A stretch of 64,000 nt of DNA from Betaproteobacteria bacterium (GCA_052387375.1 JBQTJF010000082.1:2467-66466); one strand, 5' to 3'; positions 10,668 through 23,130 are shown, counted from the stretch's first letter. The notes: a model not told the origin generated them from the sequence alone. Made by a program: numbers and translations.

Positions 10668-11344
10668 CGATAGCCGATGCCGTACACCGTGTCGATCGCC
10701 TCGAAGCGCGGATCGACGGCGAGGAACTTGCGGCGCATCCGCTTCACGTGCGAGGTGATGGTGCCGTCGTCGACCACCAGCTGTGCCTCGCGCATGAGCT
10801 GCTCGCGGCTCTTCACGTGCCCGGGGTGCTTGGCGAGCGCGTGCACCATCCAGAATTCGGTCAGCGTGAGCGGCATCGCCTCGCCGCGCCAGCGCACGCT
10901 GAAGCGTTTGACGTCCAGCTCGAGCGCGCCGCGCTCCAGGCGCTCCTCCACCGCCTGCGGTTCGCTGGCAAGCTCGGCGCGGCGGAACAGCGCCGCGATG
11001 CGCGCCAGGAGGTGCGGCAGGCTCACGTCCTTGGTCAGGTAGTCGTCGGCACCCAAACGCAGGCCGGCGACGACGTCGAAGTCGCTGTCGCGCGCGGTGA
11101 GAAAGATGATCGGCAGCGCGGCCGACAGGGCGCGCAGGTCGCGGCACAGGGCGAAGCCGCCGTCGACGTCGGCCCCCAGGCCGATGTCGATCAGCGCGAG
11201 GTCCGGCAGGCGCGTGCGCAGCGCGCCGAGCGCCTCGGCGCGGCCGGCATACGCCGCCACCTCGAAGCCGTGCTTGCGCAGCGCCTCGGCGTAGTTGGCG
11301 CGGATGGCCGGGTCGTCTTCGACGATGGCGATGCGGCGGGACAT
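10655..11344 (-). CDS. OmpR/PhoB-family response regulator
   Basis: 229 aa. Receiver domain (IAIVEDDP..., DLALIDIGL) plus a winged-helix C-terminus (...TVYGIGYRW). Confidence 0.9.
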   Translation of the reverse strand: MSRRIAIVEDDPAIRANYAEALRKHGFEVAAYAGRAEALGALRTRLPDLALIDIGLGADVDGGFALCRDLRALSAALPIIFLTARDSDFDVVAGLRLGADDYLTKDVSLPHLLARIAALFRRAELASEPQAVEERLERGALELDVKRFSVRWRGEAMPLTLTEFWMVHALAKHPGHVKSREQLMREAQLVVDDGTITSHVKRMRRKFLAVDPRFEAIDTVYGIGYRWKP

Positions 11345-11493
11345 CGCGGCCGACTATAGCCGAAGGCGGCGCGCGGCGGCGCCGCCGTCAGCACTTTGCC
11401 AGAATTGGTCGCCGGCGCGCCTCCTCCATGCCGCGCTCACGCCGCCGCACAGGCATTCAATGCGGCTTCAACTTGATCGAAGGGAGGCTTGGA

Positions 11494-11685
11494 ATGGGCG
11501 AAATGATCCGCTTTGTCGCGCTAGCCGCAGCGCTCGGCTTGGCGGCGGGAATGCTGCTCGGCGGGGTGGCGCTGCTTCTCGCCGCGCCCGCGCATGCGCA
11601 GGCGCCTGCGGCGCGGCCGGCGCTCGAGCTGCAATGCGTGCCGCTGCCCCGCGCGCCTTCGCCGCCGGCGAGGCTGGAGGTATGA
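11494..11685 (+). CDS. Hypothetical small protein (63 aa): long hydrophobic N-terminus or signal peptide, Pro-rich tail
   Basis: SD GGGAGG lies 6 nt before the ATG. MGEMIRFVALAAALGLAAGMLLGGVALLLAAPAHA then QAPAARPALELQCVPLPRAPSPPARLEV. High GC3 in this frame. The stop overlaps the next start (ATGA). No homologue recognised. Confidence 0.35.
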   Translation: MGEMIRFVALAAALGLAAGMLLGGVALLLAAPAHAQAPAARPALELQCVPLPRAPSPPARLEV

Positions 11686-11852
11686 AGCCGGCGCGCGACG
11701 AGGCGGTCGGGGTGGAATGCGCCTGGACGCCGAGCGCCGCGCCGCCGCCGCCCGGCCGAGCCTGGGTTGCGGTCACCGTGTTGCTGCTCGCGCTGGGCGC
11801 CTGGCAGCTCCTCGGGCGCTGGGCCTACGTGCTGCTCGCCTTCTTGAGCTGA
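11682..11852 (+). CDS. Hypothetical small membrane protein (56 aa)
   Basis: ATG overlaps the preceding stop. GAGG lies 8 nt upstream. Pro-rich N-terminus, then a C-terminal hydrophobic segment AWVAVTVLLLALGAWQLLGRWAYVLLAFLS. By hand count almost all codons end in G/C. Confidence 0.35.
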   Translation: MKPARDEAVGVECAWTPSAAPPPPGRAWVAVTVLLLALGAWQLLGRWAYVLLAFLS

Positions 11853-12007
11853 TCGAGCTTCAGCACCCGGACCTGGATCTCGGCGCCGTCCTTGGCCTGC
11901 GCACGGACCCGCGCATGCTGGTTGCGGCGCACCCGCTCGAAGGTCCTGCGCACGTCGGTGTCGAAGCTCGGCCGGTAGCGGAACTCGGAATCGAGGATGT
12001 GTTTCAT
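11825..12007 (-). CDS. Small conserved hypothetical protein (60 aa)
   Basis: SD AGGAG lies 5 nt upstream of the ATG. MKHILDSEFRYRPSFDTDVRRTFERV... resembles a small protein I recall from betaproteobacterial genomes. Function unknown. Confidence 0.5.
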   Translation of the reverse strand: MKHILDSEFRYRPSFDTDVRRTFERVRRNQHARVRAQAKDGAEIQVRVLKLDQLKKASST

Positions 12008-12114
12008 CGGATCTCCTACGCTGGCGACCCGATTGTTTCAGGGGCCACCCGCAGGCGCTTGCGGCGGCATTTAGTCTCGGCGGACTATCCGCGTCGCTGC
12101 GCCACGACAGGCCC

Positions 12115-12536
12115 CTACTTCTTGCGCAGCTTGCGGATGGCGGCGAGCTGCGCCGCCATCATGGCGAACTCCGCCTGCAGCGTGGCGATCTCCTGCTTGT
12201 CCTGCGCCTTGGCCATCGCCTCCTCGGCCCGGCGCAGCGCCTCGCTCGCCTTTGCCTCGTCCAGGTCGGCGCCGCGGATGGCGGTGTCGGCGAGCACGGT
12301 GATGACCCGCGGCTGCACCTCGAGGATGCCGCCGGCGACGAAGATGAGCTGCTCGTCGCCGCCGCCGGCCGGCACGATGCGCACCGCGCCGGGCTTGATG
12401 CGCGTGATGAGGGGCGTATGGCGGGGGTAGATGCCGAGCTCGCCCGCTTCGCCCGGCAGCACGACGAACTCGGCCTCGCCCGAGAAGATGGACTCCTCGG
12501 CGCTCACCACGTCGACATGGATGGTCGCGGCGGCCA

Positions 12537-12537
<1 letters not shown>
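12115..12537 (-). CDS. atpC: F0F1 ATP synthase subunit epsilon
   Basis: 140 aa, [43 protein letters not shown].... The ATG overlaps the atpD stop (ATGA). The track ORF 12115..14580 is an out-of-context fusion. Confidence 0.93.
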
Positions 12538-13979
<1,442 letters not shown>

Positions 13980-14843
13980 CTATACGGCAGCCGCGCCGCC
14001 GACGATTTCCGAGAGTTCCTTGGTGATGCCTGCCTGGCGATTCTTGTTGTACACGAGCGTCAGCTCGTCGATCAGGGTCGCGGCGTTGTCCGACGCCGCC
14101 TTCATGGCGACCATGCGCGCCGACTGCTCGGAGGCCATGTTCTCCGAGACCGCCTGGAAGATGAGCGCCTCGATGTAGCGCGTCATCACCTGGTCGAGAA
14201 CGGCGCGCGCCTCGGGCTCGTAGATGTAGTCCCAGACCGTCTCGGGCGTGCCGAGGCGCTCGCCGGAGAGCGGCAGGAGTTGCTCCACCACCGGCTCCTG
14301 CTTCATGGTGTTGATGAAACGCGTATAGGCGAGCAGCAACCGGTCGAAGCGGTCGCTGGTGTAGCCGTCGAGCATCACCTTGACGGCGCCGATCAGCTTG
14401 TCCATCTGCGGCCGGTCGCCGAGCTGGATCACCTGCGAGACGATCTTCGCCCCCAGGCGCTGCATGAAGGCGAGGCCCTTGTTGCCGATGGCGCAGACCT
14501 CGACCTCCTCGCCCTGGCCCTGCCATTCCTTGTACTGCGCGAGCACCAGGCGCAGCAGGTTGGTGTTGAGCGCGCCGCACAGCCCCTTGTCGGTGGTGAT
14601 GACGATGATGCCGACGCGCTGCACCGACTCGCGGTCGACCAGGAAGGGATGCCGGTACTCCGGATTGGCATGCGAGATGTGCGCCGCGACGTTGCGGATC
14701 TTCTCGCCGTAAGGGCGCGCGTGGCGCATGCGCTCCTGCGCCTTGCGCATCTTCGAGGCGGCCACCATCTCCATCGCCTTGGTGATCTTGCGCGTGTTCT
14801 GCACGCTCCGGATCTTCATCCGGATTTCCTTGGTGCCCGGCAT
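13980..14843 (-). CDS. atpG: F0F1 ATP synthase subunit gamma
   Basis: 287 aa. [36 protein letters not shown]... is a canonical gamma N-terminus. Confidence 0.96.
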   Translation of the reverse strand: MPGTKEIRMKIRSVQNTRKITKAMEMVAASKMRKAQERMRHARPYGEKIRNVAAHISHANPEYRHPFLVDRESVQRVGIIVITTDKGLCGALNTNLLRLVLAQYKEWQGQGEEVEVCAIGNKGLAFMQRLGAKIVSQVIQLGDRPQMDKLIGAVKVMLDGYTSDRFDRLLLAYTRFINTMKQEPVVEQLLPLSGERLGTPETVWDYIYEPEARAVLDQVMTRYIEALIFQAVSENMASEQSARMVAMKAASDNAATLIDELTLVYNKNRQAGITKELSEIVGGAAAV

Positions 14844-16390
14844 CAGTAGCTACCGTTCCTCTTCCAGTCCTTGATCGCCTCGTGCAGCGCCTTCTCGTCC
14901 TCGGCCGCGAGGTCCTTCTTCTCCTCCATGCGGCCGACGAGGCTCGCGTACTTGCCCTTGACGTAGTCGCGCATCGAGCGCTCGGCGGCGAGCGCCTTCT
15001 TCACGTCGACGTTGTCGAAGTAGCCGTTGTTCACCGCGAACAGCGTCAGCGCCATCTCCCACACCTGCAGCGGCTGGTACTGCGGCTGCTTCATCAGCTC
15101 GGTCACCATGCGCCCGCGCTCGAGCTGCTTGCGCGTCGCTTCGTCGAGGTCGCTCGCGAACTGCGCGAAGGCGGCGAGCTCGCGGTACTGGGCGAGCGCC
15201 AGGCGCACGCCGCCGCCGGTGTCGCGCCGCTTCATGATCTTGGTCTGCGCGGCGCCGCCCACCCGCGACACGGAGATGCCGGCGTTGATGGCCGGACGGA
15301 TGCCCGCGTTGAACAGGTCCGTTTCCAGAAATATCTGCCCATCGGTGATCGAGATGACGTTGGTCGGCACGAACGCCGTCACGTCGCCCGCCTGCGTCTC
15401 GATCACCGGCAGCGCGGTGAGCGAGCCGGTCTTGCCCTTGACCGCGCCCTTGGTGAACTTCTCGACGAACTCCGGATTGACGCGCGCGGCGCGCTCGAGC
15501 AGCCGCGAGTGCAGGTAGAAGACGTCGCCGGGATAGGCTTCGCGTCCCGGCGGCCGGCGCAGCAGCAGCGATACCTGCCGGTAGGCCCACGCCTGCTTGG
15601 TCAGGTCGTCGTAGACGATCAGCGCGTCCTGCCCGCGGTCGCGGAAGTACTCGCCCATGGTGCAGCCCGAATACGGGGCGATGTACTGCATCGCCGCCGA
15701 CTCGGAGGCCGAGGCGGCCACGACGATGGTATAGGCCATGGCGCCGTGCTCCTCGAGCTTGCGCACGACGTTGGCGATGGTCGAGGCCTTCTGCCCGATC
15801 GCCACGTAAACGCAGAAGAGGTCCTTGCCCTTCTGATTGATGATGGTGTCGACCGCGACCGCGGTCTTGCCGGTCTGCCGGTCGCCGATGATGAGCTCGC
15901 GCTGCCCGCGGCCGATCGGCACCATCGAGTCGATCGCCTTCAGGCCGGTCTGCACCGGCTGCGAGACCGACTGGCGCGCGATCACGCCGGGTGCCACCTT
16001 CTCGATGACGTCCGTGAGCTTGGCGCTGATGGGCCCCCGGCCGTCGATCGGCTGGCCGAGCGAGTTGACCACGCGCCCCAGCAGCTCGGGGCCGATCGGC
16101 ACCGAGAGGATCTTGCCGGTGGTCTTGACCGTGTCGCCCTCGCTGATGTGCGTGTACTCGCCGAGAATTACCGCGCCCACCGAGTCGCGCTCGAGGTTGA
16201 GCGCCAGGCCGAAGGTGTTCTTCGGAAACTCGAGCATCTCGCCCTGCATTACGTCGGAAAGGCCGTGGATGCGGCAGATGCCGTCGGTCACCGAGACCAC
16301 CGTGCCCTGCGTGCGCATCTGCGCCCCGGCGTCGAGGTTCTGGATGCGGCTCTTGATGAGTTCCGAGATTTCGGACGGATTCAGTTGCAT
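14843..16390 (-). CDS. atpA: F0F1 ATP synthase subunit alpha
   Basis: 515 aa. Walker A GDRQTGKT, typical alpha sequence throughout. Confidence 0.98.
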   Translation of the reverse strand: MQLNPSEISELIKSRIQNLDAGAQMRTQGTVVSVTDGICRIHGLSDVMQGEMLEFPKNTFGLALNLERDSVGAVILGEYTHISEGDTVKTTGKILSVPIGPELLGRVVNSLGQPIDGRGPISAKLTDVIEKVAPGVIARQSVSQPVQTGLKAIDSMVPIGRGQRELIIGDRQTGKTAVAVDTIINQKGKDLFCVYVAIGQKASTIANVVRKLEEHGAMAYTIVVAASASESAAMQYIAPYSGCTMGEYFRDRGQDALIVYDDLTKQAWAYRQVSLLLRRPPGREAYPGDVFYLHSRLLERAARVNPEFVEKFTKGAVKGKTGSLTALPVIETQAGDVTAFVPTNVISITDGQIFLETDLFNAGIRPAINAGISVSRVGGAAQTKIMKRRDTGGGVRLALAQYRELAAFAQFASDLDEATRKQLERGRMVTELMKQPQYQPLQVWEMALTLFAVNNGYFDNVDVKKALAAERSMRDYVKGKYASLVGRMEEKKDLAAEDEKALHEAIKDWKRNGSY

Positions 16391-16399
16391 GGATGCTCC

Positions 16400-16936
16400 T
16401 TAAGCTTTCAGTGCCGTCTCCAGCGCCGCAAGCAGCGCGCGCGCCGAGCCGTCGATGACCTTGTCGCCGAGGACCAGCTTGACGCCGCCGATGAGGTCCT
16501 TGTCGAGCCGCACGCGCGCCCGCACTTTGCGTCCGGTCTTCTTCTCCAGGCGCTGCACCAGCTCGGCGACCTGCGCGTCGGTGAGCTCGAACGCGGTGTG
16601 CATCTCGGCTTCGACCACGCCCTCGCGCTCGTTCTTCAGGGCCTCGAAGTGGACGCGGATCTCCGGCAGCAGCTCGAGGCGGCCGTTCTGCGCCAGCACG
16701 CGCAGCAGGTTCTCCGCCTCTGCCGACAACCGGCCGGCAAGGATGGCGATGAACACGCCGGCGGCTTTCGCGTCGCTCAGGTGCGGATCGCTCACCGCGG
16801 CGCGTACGCGCGCGTCGCCGGCGACCAGCGCCAGCGCGGCGAGCATCTCGGACCACTTGGCGAGGGTGCCCGAGGCGTCGGCGAGCTTGAACGCCGCTTC
16901 GGCGTAGGGGCGCGCTACGGTAGTCGGCTCTGCCAT
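16400..16936 (-). CDS. atpH: F0F1 ATP synthase subunit delta
   Basis: 178 aa. OSCP/delta-like N-terminus (TVARPYAEAAFKLA). Position between atpF and atpA. Confidence 0.92.
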   Translation of the reverse strand: MAEPTTVARPYAEAAFKLADASGTLAKWSEMLAALALVAGDARVRAAVSDPHLSDAKAAGVFIAILAGRLSAEAENLLRVLAQNGRLELLPEIRVHFEALKNEREGVVEAEMHTAFELTDAQVAELVQRLEKKTGRKVRARVRLDKDLIGGVKLVLGDKVIDGSARALLAALETALKA

Positions 16937-17406
16937 TAGAACTGGCGCTTGATCGACTCGAGGAGATCGGCGTGCGCCCTGGCGTCGACCTCACGGCGCA
17001 GGATGCGCTCGGCGCCTGCCACCGCGAGCGAGGCAACGTGGTCGCGCAGCTGCTCGCGCGCGCGCGTCACCTCCTGCTCGATCTCGGCCTTGGCTGCCGC
17101 TTTCTCGCGGTTGCCTTCCTCCTTCGCCGCGCTGCGCGCCTCGTCGATGAGCTGCGCCGCGCGCTTCTCGGCCTGCGCCAGGATCTCGGCGGCGCGGCTG
17201 CGCGCCTGGGCGAGGGCCTCGTCGGCCTGCCGGGTCGAGACCTCGAGCGAGCGGCGGCCCTGCTCCGCGGCGGCCAGACCGTCGGCGATGGTCTTCTGCC
17301 GCGCCTCGATCGCGCGCAGCATGTACGGCCAGATGAACTTCACCGTGAGGAAGATGAACACCGTGAAAGTGATCGCCTGCGCGACGAGCGTCAGGTTGAG
17401 GTTCAT
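16936..17406 (-). CDS. atpF: F0F1 ATP synthase subunit b
   Basis: Start trimmed to [29 protein letters not shown]... (156 aa): one TM segment plus a long charged helix. Confidence 0.92.
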   Translation of the reverse strand: MNLNLTLVAQAITFTVFIFLTVKFIWPYMLRAIEARQKTIADGLAAAEQGRRSLEVSTRQADEALAQARSRAAEILAQAEKRAAQLIDEARSAAKEEGNREKAAAKAEIEQEVTRAREQLRDHVASLAVAGAERILRREVDARAHADLLESIKRQF

Positions 17407-17428
17407 ACCGGGTCCTCCCGGGCGCCGC

Positions 17429-18555
<1,127 letters not shown>

Positions 18556-18572
<17 letters not shown>

Positions 18573-18963
18573 AAAACGCCATTGAAAAAATCAGCATCGT
18601 CACGATGAACGCGCCGAGAAAGGCGACCGTCACCGCCTCTCCGTAGTTCGTCAGCACGAGCCACAGCAGGACGAGCGCCAGGCCGATCTTGACCGCCTCG
18701 GCCCGCAACGCGCCAACCAGGACCCCCCCTGCAGACCGCGCCTTGCCCAGCGATGCCACCAGCGCGGACAGCGCGCCGGCGACGATGCTCACCGCTCCGC
18801 CCGCCGCGGCGGATAGCGCGCCGTGGACGTCCGCGAGCAACGCCCCGAGGGCCGCCATCGCCGCGGTGGCGCCCACCTGCCACAGCAGAACCTTGCGTAC
18901 CGGCCTGCTGAATCGCATCGCACCCGGCAAAGCCGGCGAAGTATAGCGCAACTGCTCCTTCAT
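18556..18963 (-). CDS. atpI: ATP synthase protein I (AtpI-like small membrane protein)
   Basis: Hydrophobic 135-aa ORF directly upstream of atpB. The start at 18963 overlaps the parB stop (ATGA). An alternative start lies at 18915. Confidence 0.65.
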
Positions 18964-19796
18964 TTGAGCTTCTTCAGCAGCTGTTCGAGATGCTCGAGCC
19001 CCGAGTAATGCAGCACCAGCTTGCCGTTACCTTTGCGTCCCGGACGGATCTCCACCGTCGTGCCGAGCCGCTCCGCGACCTCCTCCTCGAGGCGGGCGAG
19101 ATCACGGTCGGCCTTGCGCCGCCGCCGCGGCGCCGGCCCGCGCAGGATCGTCTGCACCATCGCTTCCGTCTCGCGCACCGACAGGCCGCGCGCGGCGATG
19201 CGGTTTCCCGCCTCGATCTGCCGCGCCGGATCGAGCGCGAGCAGCGCGCGCGCGTGCCCCATCTCCAGCGCGCCTTCCATCACCATCTCCTGCACCGGCT
19301 TGGCGAGCTTGAGCAGACGCAGGAGGTTCGTGGTCGCGCTGCGCGAGCGCCCCACGGCGTCGGCTGCCTGCTCGTGGGTCATGCGGAACTCGGCAATCAG
19401 GCGCTCCAGGCCCGCCGCCTCTTCCATGGGGTTGAGGTTCTCGCGCTGGATGTTCTCGATCAGCGACATGGCGAGCGCAGCCTCGTCCGGCACCTCCCGC
19501 ACCAGGGCCGGCACTTCCTCCAGTCCGGCCATCTGCGCGGCGCGCCAGCGGCGCTCGCCGGCGATCAGCTCGTAGCGATCGCGGTCCACCGGTCGCACCA
19601 GCAGCGGCTGCATCAGCCCCTGCGCCCGGATCGAGGCAGCCAGCTCGGCGAGCGCCTGCTGGTCCATCTTCGTGCGCGGCTGGTAGCGCCCGGGGCGGAT
19701 GCGCGCGACCGGCAACGTCAGCAGCGCTTCGCGCGGCGCCGTCTCGTCGGCGCCGAGCAGCGCATCGAGCCCGCGGCCGAGGCCTTTGGGCTTCAT
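18960..19796 (-). CDS. parB: Chromosome partitioning protein ParB
   Basis: 278 aa. GLGRGLDALL N-terminus, ParB box LIENIQRENLNP, HTH region. Confidence 0.95.
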   Translation of the reverse strand: MKPKGLGRGLDALLGADETAPREALLTLPVARIRPGRYQPRTKMDQQALAELAASIRAQGLMQPLLVRPVDRDRYELIAGERRWRAAQMAGLEEVPALVREVPDEAALAMSLIENIQRENLNPMEEAAGLERLIAEFRMTHEQAADAVGRSRSATTNLLRLLKLAKPVQEMVMEGALEMGHARALLALDPARQIEAGNRIAARGLSVRETEAMVQTILRGPAPRRRRKADRDLARLEEEVAERLGTTVEIRPGRKGNGKLVLHYSGLEHLEQLLKKLK

Positions 19797-20563
19797 GCGG
19801 GCTGCGCCTGCGCAAGAATTTCGTCGGCCAGCGCGAGGTACGCCTGGGCGCCCTTCGACGCCGTGTCCCAGCGCACCGCCGGCACGCCGTAGCTCGGCGC
19901 CTCTGCCAGCCGCACGTTCCTCGGCACCAGCGTGCGATACACCTTGTCGCCGAAATGCGCCTCGAGCTGCTGCGAAACCTGCTGCGACAGCGTATTGCGC
20001 GGGTCGTACATCGTGCGCAGCAGCCCCGCGATGTCGAGCTCGGGATTGAGGTTAGCGCGCACGCGCTTGATGGTGCCGACCAGGTCGGACAGTCCCTCGA
20101 GCGCGTAGTACTCGCACTGCATGGGAATCAGCACGCGCTGCGCCGCGACCAGCGCGTTGACCGTGAGCCGGCTGAGCGACGGCGGGCAGTCGATGAGGAT
20201 GAAATCGTACTCGTCCAGGACGCGCCCCAGCGCGGCCTTCAGCCGCGTCTCGCGACCGGGCAGATCGACCAGCTCGACTTCCGCCCCGGCCAGCTCGCGG
20301 TTGGCGGGCACGAGGTCGTAGCCGCCTTGCTCCGCGCGCGTGCGGATCGTCGCCATCTCGCCCAGCCCGAGCAGCACGTGGTAGACAGTGCGCGCCGCAT
20401 TGCGCTTGTCCACGCCGCTTCCCATAGTGGCGTTACCCTGCGGGTCGAGGTCCACCAGAAGAACGCGCCGGCCGGCGCCGGCAAGCGCCGCGGCGAGGTT
20501 GACGCTGGTCGTGGTCTTGCCAACGCCGCCCTTCTGATTCACCACCGCGATGACGCGCGTCAC
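19793..20563 (-). CDS. parA: Chromosome partitioning ATPase ParA (Soj)
   Basis: 256 aa. Deviant Walker A NQKGGVGKTTT. Confidence 0.95.
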   Translation of the reverse strand: MTRVIAVVNQKGGVGKTTTSVNLAAALAGAGRRVLLVDLDPQGNATMGSGVDKRNAARTVYHVLLGLGEMATIRTRAEQGGYDLVPANRELAGAEVELVDLPGRETRLKAALGRVLDEYDFILIDCPPSLSRLTVNALVAAQRVLIPMQCEYYALEGLSDLVGTIKRVRANLNPELDIAGLLRTMYDPRNTLSQQVSQQLEAHFGDKVYRTLVPRNVRLAEAPSYGVPAVRWDTASKGAQAYLALADEILAQAQPA

Positions 20564-21201
20564 GGACAGTGCGCCAGGCGGCAGAGGACGAGATGACGCT
20601 CGGCGTCAAGCAGAGGCACCGACAGGCGGATGGGCTCGCATTCGCATCCTCGCGGCAGGCGCGCCATCTCGGAGCGCGGATCGCGGCCTTTCATCGCCGC
20701 GAGAACGCCGTGCGGCGCGACAAGATGCCGGCACGCAGCGATGAATTGCGCCAGCCCGGCGAACGCCCGCGAGACCACCACCGCGAAGCGCGCCGCCGGA
20801 CGCCACTGCTCGACGCGCGCCTGCTCCAGCGCGACGTTGCGCAGGCCAAGCTCTATGGTCGCCTGGCGAAGGAAGGCGATCTTCTTCGCGCTCGACTCGA
20901 CCAGCGTCACCCGCCACGCGGGGCGCGCGAGCGCGAGCGGAATGCCGGGCAAGCCAGGACCGGAGCCCGCATCGGCTAGCGCGGGGTCTGCCTCGGGCAT
21001 CGGCAGATGCGGCAGGATCGCAAGCGAGTCGAGCAGATGATGGCTGACCATTTCCGACTGCGTGCGGATCGCAGTGAGGTTGTAGGTGCGGTTCCATTTT
21101 GCAAGCAGCGCGACGTACTGAAGCAGCTGCTGGCGCGCCGCCCGCGGCAGCGGCAGCGGCAACTCGCTCAGCCCGCGCTCGAGCGCGGCTTGCGGCGTCA
21201 T
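20560..21201 (-). CDS. rsmG: 16S rRNA m7G527 methyltransferase RsmG (GidB)
   Basis: 213 aa. SAM-binding [12 protein letters not shown]. Position between mnmG and parA. Confidence 0.93.
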   Translation of the reverse strand: MTPQAALERGLSELPLPLPRAARQQLLQYVALLAKWNRTYNLTAIRTQSEMVSHHLLDSLAILPHLPMPEADPALADAGSGPGLPGIPLALARPAWRVTLVESSAKKIAFLRQATIELGLRNVALEQARVEQWRPAARFAVVVSRAFAGLAQFIAACRHLVAPHGVLAAMKGRDPRSEMARLPRGCECEPIRLSVPLLDAERHLVLCRLAHCP

Positions 21202-23033
21202 GCCGTCTTTTGCCGCCGCGGAACGCCCCGCTTCAGATGCACCAGCAGCAGCGAGATCGCCGCGGGCGTGACCCCCGACAGCCGCGCCGCCTGTCCGATG
21301 CTCTCGGGCCGGTGCCGCGCGAGCTTCTGCTGTACTTCGACCGAGAGCCCGCGGACCTGCGCGTAGTCGATGTCCGGCGGTAGGCGAAGGTCTTCGAGCT
21401 CGCGCCGTTGCTCGACCTCCCTGCGTTGGCGCTCCACGTAGCCCTCGTACTTGATCGTGGTCTCCACCTGGCGGGCAATCGCGGGATCGAGTTCTCGGGG
21501 AACTGGGAGGCTCTCGTAAGTGACATCAGGACGGCGCAGTAGCTCAGCCAGAGAATGCCTTTGCTGAAAGGCAGCGCTCACATACGTTGATCTCAGGCGC
21601 TCGGTTTCCCGCTCGATCGCCTCCCGCTTGCGGCTGAATGCTTCCCAGCGCACATCGTTCACCAGGCCGAGCTTGCGTCCGGTCTCCGTTAGCCGCAGAT
21701 CGGCGTTGTCCTCGCGCAGCATGAGGCGGTACTCCGCGCGGCTGGTGAACATGCGGTACGGCTCGGTGACGCCGCGCGTCACGAGATCGTCGACCATTAC
21801 GCCGAGATAAGCTTGCGCGCGGCCTGGAGACCAGGCATCGAGCTCCTTGGCGCGGAGCGCAGCATTGACGCCTGCCAGCAAGCCTTGAGCGGCCGCTTCC
21901 TCATAGCCGGTCGTGCCGTTGATCTGGCCGGCGAAGAAAAGTCCCCGGATGGTCTTGGTCTCCAGCGACGACCACAGGTTGCGCGGGTCGAAGTAGTCGT
22001 ACTCGATGGCATAGCCGGGACGGACGATTTGGGCCCGCTCCAGGCCGCGAATGGAATGCACGAGCTCGAGCTGCGCGTCGAAGGGCAGACTGGTGGAGAT
22101 GCCGTTGGGATAGATCTCATTGCTCGAAAGCCCCTCGGGTTCGAGGAAGATCTGGTGGCTCGTCTTTCCCTTGTAGCGGTGCACCTTGTCCTCGATCGAA
22201 GGGCAGTACCGCGGCCCGATGCCCTCGATCACGCCGGTAAAGAGCGGCGAGCGGTCCAGCGCGCCCCGGATGATTTCATGCGTGCGCGGATTGGTATGCG
22301 TGATCCAGCACGGCAGCTGGCGCGGGTGCAACTCTCGGCGGCCCAGGAAAGAGAACACGGGTTCGGGTTGATTGCCGGGCTGCTCCTCCATGACCGAGAA
22401 GTCGATGGTGCGCGCGTCCAACCGGGGCGGCGTACCGGTTTTCAGCCGGCCGGCAGGTAGCCGCATTTCCCGTAGGCGCGCGGCGAGCGTGACGGCGGCC
22501 GGATCTCCGGCCCGGCCCGCCTGATGCCGCTCCAGCCCCACATGGATCAAGCCGGCGAGGAAGGTGCCGGCGGTGAGGATCACTGCGCGAGCGCGGAAAC
22601 GCACCCCGAGTTGCGTGACAACACCTACTGCCCGATCACCCTCGACGAGGATATCGTCGACAGGCTGCTGGAACAGCGCCAAGCCAGGCTGATTCTCGAG
22701 GCGGCGGCGGATCGCGAGGCGATAGAGGCCTCGGTCCGCTTGCGCTCGCGTGGCACGCACCGCCGGACCCTTAGACGAGTTCAGCGTCCGGAATTGGATG
22801 CCGGCCTCGTCGGTGGCAATGGCCATTGCGCCCCCGAGAGCGTCGATCTCCTTTACGAGATGACCCTTGCCGATCCCGCCGATGGACGGGTTGCAGGACA
22901 TCTGGCCGAGCGTGTCGATGCTGTGCGTCAGAAGCAGCGTGCGGCAGCCCATGCGGGCGGCGGCAAGGGCCGCTTCCGTGCCGGCGTGACCTCCACCGAT
23001 CACCAGCACATCGAATTCAACGGGGAACTGCAT
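21198..23033 (-). CDS. mnmG: tRNA uridine 5-carboxymethylaminomethyl modification enzyme MnmG (GidA)
   Basis: 611 aa. [26 protein letters not shown] fold, with conserved GidA sequence along the full length. Confidence 0.97.
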   Translation of the reverse strand: MQFPVEFDVLVIGGGHAGTEAALAAARMGCRTLLLTHSIDTLGQMSCNPSIGGIGKGHLVKEIDALGGAMAIATDEAGIQFRTLNSSKGPAVRATRAQADRGLYRLAIRRRLENQPGLALFQQPVDDILVEGDRAVGVVTQLGVRFRARAVILTAGTFLAGLIHVGLERHQAGRAGDPAAVTLAARLREMRLPAGRLKTGTPPRLDARTIDFSVMEEQPGNQPEPVFSFLGRRELHPRQLPCWITHTNPRTHEIIRGALDRSPLFTGVIEGIGPRYCPSIEDKVHRYKGKTSHQIFLEPEGLSSNEIYPNGISTSLPFDAQLELVHSIRGLERAQIVRPGYAIEYDYFDPRNLWSSLETKTIRGLFFAGQINGTTGYEEAAAQGLLAGVNAALRAKELDAWSPGRAQAYLGVMVDDLVTRGVTEPYRMFTSRAEYRLMLREDNADLRLTETGRKLGLVNDVRWEAFSRKREAIERETERLRSTYVSAAFQQRHSLAELLRRPDVTYESLPVPRELDPAIARQVETTIKYEGYVERQRREVEQRRELEDLRLPPDIDYAQVRGLSVEVQQKLARHRPESIGQAARLSGVTPAAISLLLVHLKRGVPRRQKTA

Positions 23034-23058
23034 CCGAGGTGGCGAATTTTACGCGAGC

Positions 23059-23122
23059 GTTCCACGTGAAACTAGGCGACGTGCCGTTGTTCCACGTGGA
23101 ACTCCCCTGCTGCATTGCAGCA
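23059..23122. promoter_or_regulatory. Three palindromic elements in the mnmG / MFS divergent intergenic region
   Basis: GTTCCACGTGAAAC (23059-23072) and the perfect palindrome GTTCCACGTGGAAC (23089-23102) start 30 bp apart. A further perfect palindrome TGCTGCA-T-TGCAGCA lies at 23108-23122. All read directly from the sequence. Confidence 0.4.
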
Positions 23123-23130
23123 AAAGCCCC

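Noticed and set aside
9150-11344. Assigning the OmpR-type RR/HK pair to a specific named system (for example sortase-associated PdsR/PdsS or ChvI/ChvG)
   Set aside because: There is some remembered resemblance in the RR (DDYLTKDVSLPHLLARI). No sortase or LPXTG target is nearby, and I cannot verify family membership without a search.
23034-23130. E. coli-style oriC upstream of mnmG (gidA)
   Set aside because: The gap is only 97 bp, is not AT-rich and has no consensus DnaA box (best matches 6/9). The perfect boxes and the AT-rich element lie around dnaA instead. The palindromes are reported separately as unexplained.
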